This document shows positions 58,736-64,000 of a stretch of 64,000 bases of DNA, one piece after another. The stretch is from the NCBI GenBank assembly GCA_965223905.1, contig CBDCXV010000002.1, positions 96,001 to 160,000 of the forward strand, in the 5' to 3' direction. A program made the translations under genes and the position numbers. The notes below the pieces were generated by a model. The model was not told the DNA's origin. It searched no databases and saw only the letters and a list, made by a program, of their open reading frames with translations. Every line of letters begins with the position of its first letter. Within the stretch, counting starts at the first letter, position 1. Origin of the DNA: Candidatus Latescibacterota bacterium (GTDB taxonomy: Bacteria; Latescibacterota; UBA2968; UBA8231).

Positions 58736-59581
58736 ATGAGCGAAATCAAACTGGCAGGGGCCCAGTGGAGCTGGGTCGGGGCGAGCCTGCGGGAGTCGGC
58801 CGGCATCTACAGGGCGCTCGGCATCGGCGCCATGGACCTCATCACCGCGCCCGGCATGCTGCTGGACGTCGGGGAGATCGAGACCGATCCCCAGGCAGTT
58901 GCCCGGCGGGTCGGAGAGGCGCTCGCGGGCGTCGAAGTCGAGCTCGTGAACCTCATGACACTGATCGGCACCGACTTCGAGGACCGGGCACTCAACTCTC
59001 CCGACGGGGCGATGCGCCGGCGCAACGCCGATTCGGTGGCGGCGCTCTGCGAGTTCGCCGCGGCCGCGGGCCTAAGGTCGATCACCCTGCTTCCCGGCGT
59101 CGAGCAGCCGGTGATGTCCCGCGAGGATGCCCAGGCGCTTGCCGCCGAAGCGCTGCGGGCCGCCGCGGAAACCGGAACCCGGACCGGGGTCGACGTGGTC
59201 TTCGAGCCGCACCGCGAGTCGGTGCTGGAAAGCCCCGCCGAGACCCTCGCCTTCATGCGGGTGAACCCCGATCTCAGGATCTGCGTCGACTACTCGCACT
59301 GCGTGTCGATCGGCTACAGGGAAGATGAGCTGCACCCGCTGCTGCCGTACGCCGGCCACGTTCACCTGCGACAGGGGGCCGCGGGTCAGATCCAGGCGCG
59401 CTGGGACGACGGGGAGATCGATTTCCCCGGACTGATGCGGCGGCTCGCCGAGCAGGGGTACGACGGCTACGCCACCCTCGAGTACGAGCACGAGGAGGTG
59501 TGGGACATGGACAAGGCCGACACCATGAAGGAGACGATCCGAATGAGGGACGCGGTTCGTCCATTCGTGGTTTCGCCGTGA
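58736..59581 (+). CDS. Sugar phosphate isomerase/epimerase (TIM barrel)
   Basis: FEPH, DYSH, HVHLR, GEIDF and GYDGYATLEY. Confidence 0.85.
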   Translation: MSEIKLAGAQWSWVGASLRESAGIYRALGIGAMDLITAPGMLLDVGEIETDPQAVARRVGEALAGVEVELVNLMTLIGTDFEDRALNSPDGAMRRRNADSVAALCEFAAAAGLRSITLLPGVEQPVMSREDAQALAAEALRAAAETGTRTGVDVVFEPHRESVLESPAETLAFMRVNPDLRICVDYSHCVSIGYREDELHPLLPYAGHVHLRQGAAGQIQARWDDGEIDFPGLMRRLAEQGYDGYATLEYEHEEVWDMDKADTMKETIRMRDAVRPFVVSP

Positions 59582-59588
59582 AGCTGGA

Positions 59589-59770
59589 GGCAAGGAGATG
59601 GTGTGGCTTCTGGCGGGCAGGGCGCAAGACCTGAACGGCCGGGACACGAAGGGCCGCATGTCGCTGCACCATTGCCATGTACGAGGGCGCCCTCGAGCGG
59701 CGGAGGTCCTGATCGTGCTCGGCGCCAAGGTGCGCATCCCAACCGCCAGAAGAGGACACCTCTGGGTGGT
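59589..59770 (+). pseudogene. Ankyrin-repeat remnant
   Basis: GKEMVWLLAGRAQDLNGRDTKGRMSLH / IAMYEGALE / AEVLIVLGAKV / NRQKRTPL across frameshifts. Confidence 0.55.
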
Positions 59771-59890
59771 GGAGTGAAGAGGTTGCCTGTTCTTCAGGAG
59801 GGGGTGAGGAGAGCGAAGGTCATGGAGACGGCCGCTGGAACCCCCTCTCCACTCGCGTCAACAGCACTGCCGTGTATACCAAAGTATACT

Positions 59891-60088
59891 CTAAACGAAA
59901 GCACCCAGAAAACCCTCGAAACTTGCAATATGGCCTGTTTCTTCCAACCTCTTCTTTACCCTCTCGTAGTACCGGTCATGCAAGAGGGGTTTGGAATTAA
60001 CAACCCTGAGCTTCGGATTAACCAGTGGAACCCAATGTTCGTATACTCTTTTCTCTCCATTCCCCTCAACAACCAAATATACATCCAT
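59891..60088 (-). pseudogene. Truncated partner of the AAA ATPase (TOPRIM-like N-terminus)
   Basis: MDVYLVVEGNGEKRVY starts 1 nt after the ATPase stop. Only 65 aa long and AT-rich. Confidence 0.5.
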
Positions 60089-60089
60089 T

Positions 60090-60860
60090 TCAATTAATGC
60101 CGGTGTAGAATGGATCATTGATGAGTTGTACAAAAGCTTTCTGCTTTGACTTACCATATTTTTCTTCAAATTCTGCTCCATCTTTGATGGATACCTTTGA
60201 GCCATTCCTGTGAAAGACTCTCCACGTCTTTACGGGCATGCTGTTAATCAGATAGGGGTGGTGCGTCGTAACCAGGAATTGGATATCTATACCATGAGTA
60301 GCCAAGAATCCGAGTAGCCAAGAATCCTGGAAGAAAATCAATGGCGTTTATTCCGAGGGAGTTTTCGTATTCGTCGATGATGTAAATCGAACCTTTTGGC
60401 AAGGTAAGTATGTCGGCAATGATCAATAAAACTTTCTGCATTCCCGATGAGAGCTCCAGCACTGGAATCTTCCTGTTTACTTTCATTTCCTTTATTAGGA
60501 ATACAGGGACTTGGCCTGGAGGCCTAATTCCCACTTCGCATTCCTTAATTGAAGGAAATACCTGTTCAAAGGTTTCTACCGCCAACTTATACAATTCAGG
60601 GAACTTCTTCTCCAAAAGAAACATTCTGGCACTAAGTGCGGGTTAAAGAAAAGGCATCAGAAGTTCGATTGATCAGATTCTCAAATTCTTCCATCGAACC
60701 CATAGGCTTACGCTTAAGCACTTCCTTTTCAATTTGGTTCTCACCACCATCATATTCCCAAAGATATTCATACTCGTCAGTTTCTACAGTTAACCTCCAA
60801 TGTCCAGAGATAAATGGCTGGCCGCGTACAATAGAGTTCGAAACAAGGTAGCCAGGGTGG
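60090..60860 (-). pseudogene. ABC/AAA_21-type ATPase remnant
   Basis: LSSGMQK, IYIIDEYENSL and LVTTHHPY are spread over different frames, and no Walker A is seen. A 16-bp tandem duplication lies at 60296-60327. AT-rich. Confidence 0.75.
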
Positions 60861-61121
60861 TTCAGCCGGGCAACTTTCCATGAGTCCGGAGTCGACTCCC
60901 GGATTTGTCGGTGTGGATAACGAATCGATTTCACAGCCACGGTGTCGCGAGACGAGATCCGCGATCTGCTGATCGCCCACGGTGCCAGGGCCGAGGAACA
61001 GCTCCCGCACCGCGTAATCGATTGACAAGTGCAGGTGAGGTGAAACTGCCGGCCCGTCAGAAAATCTTCATGGCCATCCCTTCCGGAGCGCCGATCACTC
61101 GTTCAGGAGAAACAGGTTCCC

Positions 61122-62198
61122 ATGGCTGACAAGGCACGCATCGCCATCATCGGCACCGGGTGGTGGGCGACGACCGCCCACTTCCCCGCTGTCCTCGCCC
61201 ATCCCCAGGCGGAGCTCGCCGCCGCCGCAGACCTCCGTCCCGAAATCCTGGCGAAAGCAGCGGAAGCATACGGCGTCGAACGCACTTACACCGACTATCG
61301 CGAGATGCTGGAGAAGGAGCGGCTCGACGGCGCCGTCGTCGCCGTCTGGCACGCGGAGCATTTCGACGTCGCCCGCACCTGCCTGGAGGCCGGCCTGCAC
61401 GTCATGCTGGAAAAGCCTATGGTGCTGCAGGCCGCCCAGGCGCGGGACCTGGTGGCGCTTGCCGGGGAGAAGGGCCGCGAGCTGATCATCGGCTACCCCT
61501 GGCACTTCACGCCGCAGACGCTGCGCGCCAGGGAGGTCGTGCAGTCGGGGCAGCTCGGCTCCGTCCTGCTCGTCAACTCCGTCTTCGCCTCGATGGTGCT
61601 GCAGTTCCTGCGCGGAGACGACCGGACCTACAGGCCGCACTTCGACTATCCGGTAATCGGCCCGGGGGATGTCTACGCCGACATCGAGCGGTCCGGGGGC
61701 GGCCAGGGCCACCTGCAGGTAACCCACTCCGCGGCGCTGGCGCTGTTCGTCACCGGTGCGCGGCCGGTGCGGACCACCGCCCTGATGGAGAACCTCGATG
61801 TCGCCACCGACGTCGTCGACGCCATATCGGCGCGCCTCGACAACGGCGCCCTCGCCTCGATCGCCAGCACCGGCGCCATCCGCCACGGCGACCCGGAGTG
61901 GCTGCGCACCGACATCATTTGCGAGCAGGGACAGGTCTCGCTCGATTCCACGGCGGGAACCGGAAGCATCACCCACCCCGACCACAGCGTCGAAACGCTC
62001 GAGCCGCTGGTCGGGGACGATGCGATCTATCCGATGCAGGCCACGGCCTCGAACCTGGTGGACGTAATCACGGGGGCCGCCGGGAACGGCTCGCCCGCGG
62101 AGGTGGGGTGGCGAACCGTCGAGCTGCTGGACTCGGCCTACCGCTCCGCCGCGGAAGGGGGGCGGCCGGTCGATGCGGAGGAGCTGTACTCCGATTAG
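61122..62198 (+). CDS. Gfo/Idh/MocA oxidoreductase
   Basis: IIGTGWW, LEKP and GGGQGHLQVTH. Confidence 0.9.
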   Translation: MADKARIAIIGTGWWATTAHFPAVLAHPQAELAAAADLRPEILAKAAEAYGVERTYTDYREMLEKERLDGAVVAVWHAEHFDVARTCLEAGLHVMLEKPMVLQAAQARDLVALAGEKGRELIIGYPWHFTPQTLRAREVVQSGQLGSVLLVNSVFASMVLQFLRGDDRTYRPHFDYPVIGPGDVYADIERSGGGQGHLQVTHSAALALFVTGARPVRTTALMENLDVATDVVDAISARLDNGALASIASTGAIRHGDPEWLRTDIICEQGQVSLDSTAGTGSITHPDHSVETLEPLVGDDAIYPMQATASNLVDVITGAAGNGSPAEVGWRTVELLDSAYRSAAEGGRPVDAEELYSD

Positions 62199-62436
62199 CG
62201 GTAACAGGGATTTCGCGGCAACTGCCGAGATGGGACCCGGGCCGGAGAGCCGCGAACCGGACGCAGAACCACCGGGTTTCAGGAATGCGAGCAGTCGTTC
62301 CGGGAACGCAGGGGGGGCAGCTGCTCTCGGGGTCTGTGTTCGTAGGAGGCCCGAATGATCGACATGGCCTGCCGCGGAGGCTGAAACCTCACCGCGGGCC
62401 TCGGTGTTCCCCCGCAGCCCGCGCCCCCCCAGGGAC

Positions 62437-63360
62437 TCAACCCGCCGGGCCGAAGTGCTCCCCCCAGCTTTTCCCGAGATCGGCGCCGGCTCTCTCCAGC
62501 ATCGCCAGCTCGGTTTCCGCCAGCGGCTCGTACCTGCAGGCCAGCTCGATGTTCTGCTCGATCTCCCGCTCGGTGTACATCCCGATCACGTTGACCGCCA
62601 CCCCGGGCAGGTCGAGGCAGTAGCGGAAGGCGCGCTCGTAGTCGGAAAAGCCGTGGACGGCCATGGCCGTCGGGCGAAAGCGCTCCTCCCCGTCGAGCTG
62701 GTACTTCATCCCCGAGGCGCCGCCATACACCTTCATCGCCGCGATCCCGGTGTTCTGCGCGCGCGCCAGCGGCAGCACCTTCTCCTCGAAGTTGTAGGTG
62801 TGGCGGTCCCCCGGATTCAGCGCGAACATGCCGACGTCGACGTCGGCGCTGTTCAGGATCCGCACGGAGTGGTCCGGCATGTGGTGCGCGGTGATGCCGA
62901 CGAAGCGGGTCATGCCCCGCCTCTGCGCCTGACGCAACCCTGCAAGCGACCCGCTGGCGGACAGCACCGCTTCCGGGTCGAGGTTGCCGACGCTGTGGAC
63001 GTAGACGAGATCGAGCTGGTCGATGCGCAGATCCTTCAGGCTCTGCTCGACGATGCGCAGGGCCTCGTCGTACTCCGCGGTGTGCGCCTTGCTGGCGAGG
63101 AACAGCCCCTCGCGGTGCTGCGGCAGGATCTCGCCGAGCTGGCGGTGGGCGCGGTCGTACGAGGGAGCGGTATCGAAATAGGTGATCCCCAGCTCGATGG
63201 CGCCCAGGTAAAGGGCGATGGCGTCGTCGTCCTTCATGCCCAGGCCGCCCGGGCCGGTCCCCAGACCCAGCACCGGGACCAGCTCTCCCGTCTTGCCGAG
63301 AAGGCGCTGCGGAATGCTCCGGGTCCCGGGGGTTTGCCTTGTTGCGTTGGTAACAGTCAT
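62437..63360 (-). CDS. Aldo/keto reductase
   Basis: LGKTG...LGLGT, YFDTAPSY, ASK and SLKDLRIDQLDLVYVH. Confidence 0.9.
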   Translation of the reverse strand: MTVTNATRQTPGTRSIPQRLLGKTGELVPVLGLGTGPGGLGMKDDDAIALYLGAIELGITYFDTAPSYDRAHRQLGEILPQHREGLFLASKAHTAEYDEALRIVEQSLKDLRIDQLDLVYVHSVGNLDPEAVLSASGSLAGLRQAQRRGMTRFVGITAHHMPDHSVRILNSADVDVGMFALNPGDRHTYNFEEKVLPLARAQNTGIAAMKVYGGASGMKYQLDGEERFRPTAMAVHGFSDYERAFRYCLDLPGVAVNVIGMYTEREIEQNIELACRYEPLAETELAMLERAGADLGKSWGEHFGPAG

Positions 63361-63791
63361 GATCCCTCCCCTTTCTGCATGCATGGCTTACCCGGCATTC
63401 CCGAGCTGCCGATCCCATCTACCGGATACCCCGCGTCTGTCCAGCCGCGGTAGCCTCCGTCCATGGAAATCACGTTGGCGTACCCCATCTTCCGCAAGCT
63501 GTCCGCGGCCAGGGCCGAGCGGTAGCCGCCCCCGCAGTACAGGACGATCTCCGCTCCGTAGTCGGGGAAGTGCTCCTCGACATCCCGTTCGATGATGCCG
63601 CGGCCGAGGTGAAAGGCCCCGGGCAGGTGCCCTTCCGCCCACTCGCTATCTTCGCGGACATCGACGAGATGGAAATCCTCTCCCGAATCGATCCGCTCCC
63701 TGATCGCGTCGGCGGTCGTCTCGCGGATGCGGCTCCTCGCGTCCTCTGCGAGTTTCTCGAACCGCTCGGTGTGTTCCTTGTGCAGGGCCAT
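63357..63791 (-). CDS. Rhodanese-like sulfurtransferase
   Basis: LVDVREDSEW..GHLPGA, YCGGGYRS and SMDGG. Confidence 0.9.
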   Translation of the reverse strand: MALHKEHTERFEKLAEDARSRIRETTADAIRERIDSGEDFHLVDVREDSEWAEGHLPGAFHLGRGIIERDVEEHFPDYGAEIVLYCGGGYRSALAADSLRKMGYANVISMDGGYRGWTDAGYPVDGIGSSGMPGKPCMQKGEGS

Positions 63792-64000
63792 GAAATCTCC
63801 TGTCGCGGAAATACGATTTCGTTCGGAATTCAGTTTCGTCCCAGAAGGTACCTCGTCCCTCTTCCGCCGGTCCATCCTCGCGCCCGGCAGCCGGATTCGA
63901 CGTTTCCTTCACCATGGTCTCCATCCGGACCGGCCGTCGCGCCCCGCCTCGGAAGGCATTGCCGGGCTTGCCCTGCAACCCGCCCTACTCCTCCAGCGAG

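Noticed and set aside
60777-61028. Short ORF MSIDYAVRELFLGPG... upstream of the ATPase remnant
   Set aside because: No recognisable motif. It may be another gene fragment, but I cannot support a call.

Overview
A high-GC bacterial chromosomal window. The gene content suggests an FCB-superphylum heterotroph such as a Latescibacterota/Gemmatimonadota-like, possibly sponge-associated symbiont. That is an inference from six PhyH dioxygenases, many Gfo/Idh/MocA, SDR and glycoside hydrolase genes, a 'QNYPNPFNP' FlgD/T9SS-CTD-like domain and eukaryote-like repeats. From left to right the window holds: the end of a DNA methyltransferase with a PIN module; two divergent glycoside hydrolases separated by an IS630 remnant; a decayed FitA/VapC pair; sugar and redox metabolism genes; an ABC transporter; and a peroxiredoxin-like selenoprotein that the ORF track splits at an in-frame TGA (UxxC, with a SECIS-like hairpin). 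After these come a 7xLysM amidase and selA; a lipoprotein; a 4128-aa multidomain surface protein (YWTD propellers, cadherin, FN3, LRR, leishmanolysin-like protease); decayed DUF5916 and TPR genes; and a PhyH cluster that includes an HxG halogenase-like member. The right part has a mocA-xdhC/coxG-coxS-coxL-coxM molybdoenzyme cluster interrupted by a foreign-looking EVE/PUA-like plus transmembrane gene, ankyrin and AAA-ATPase/TOPRIM-like remnants, and oxidoreductase genes. I saw no rRNA, tRNA or CRISPR array. All family calls come from motif recognition by eye; no database was searched.
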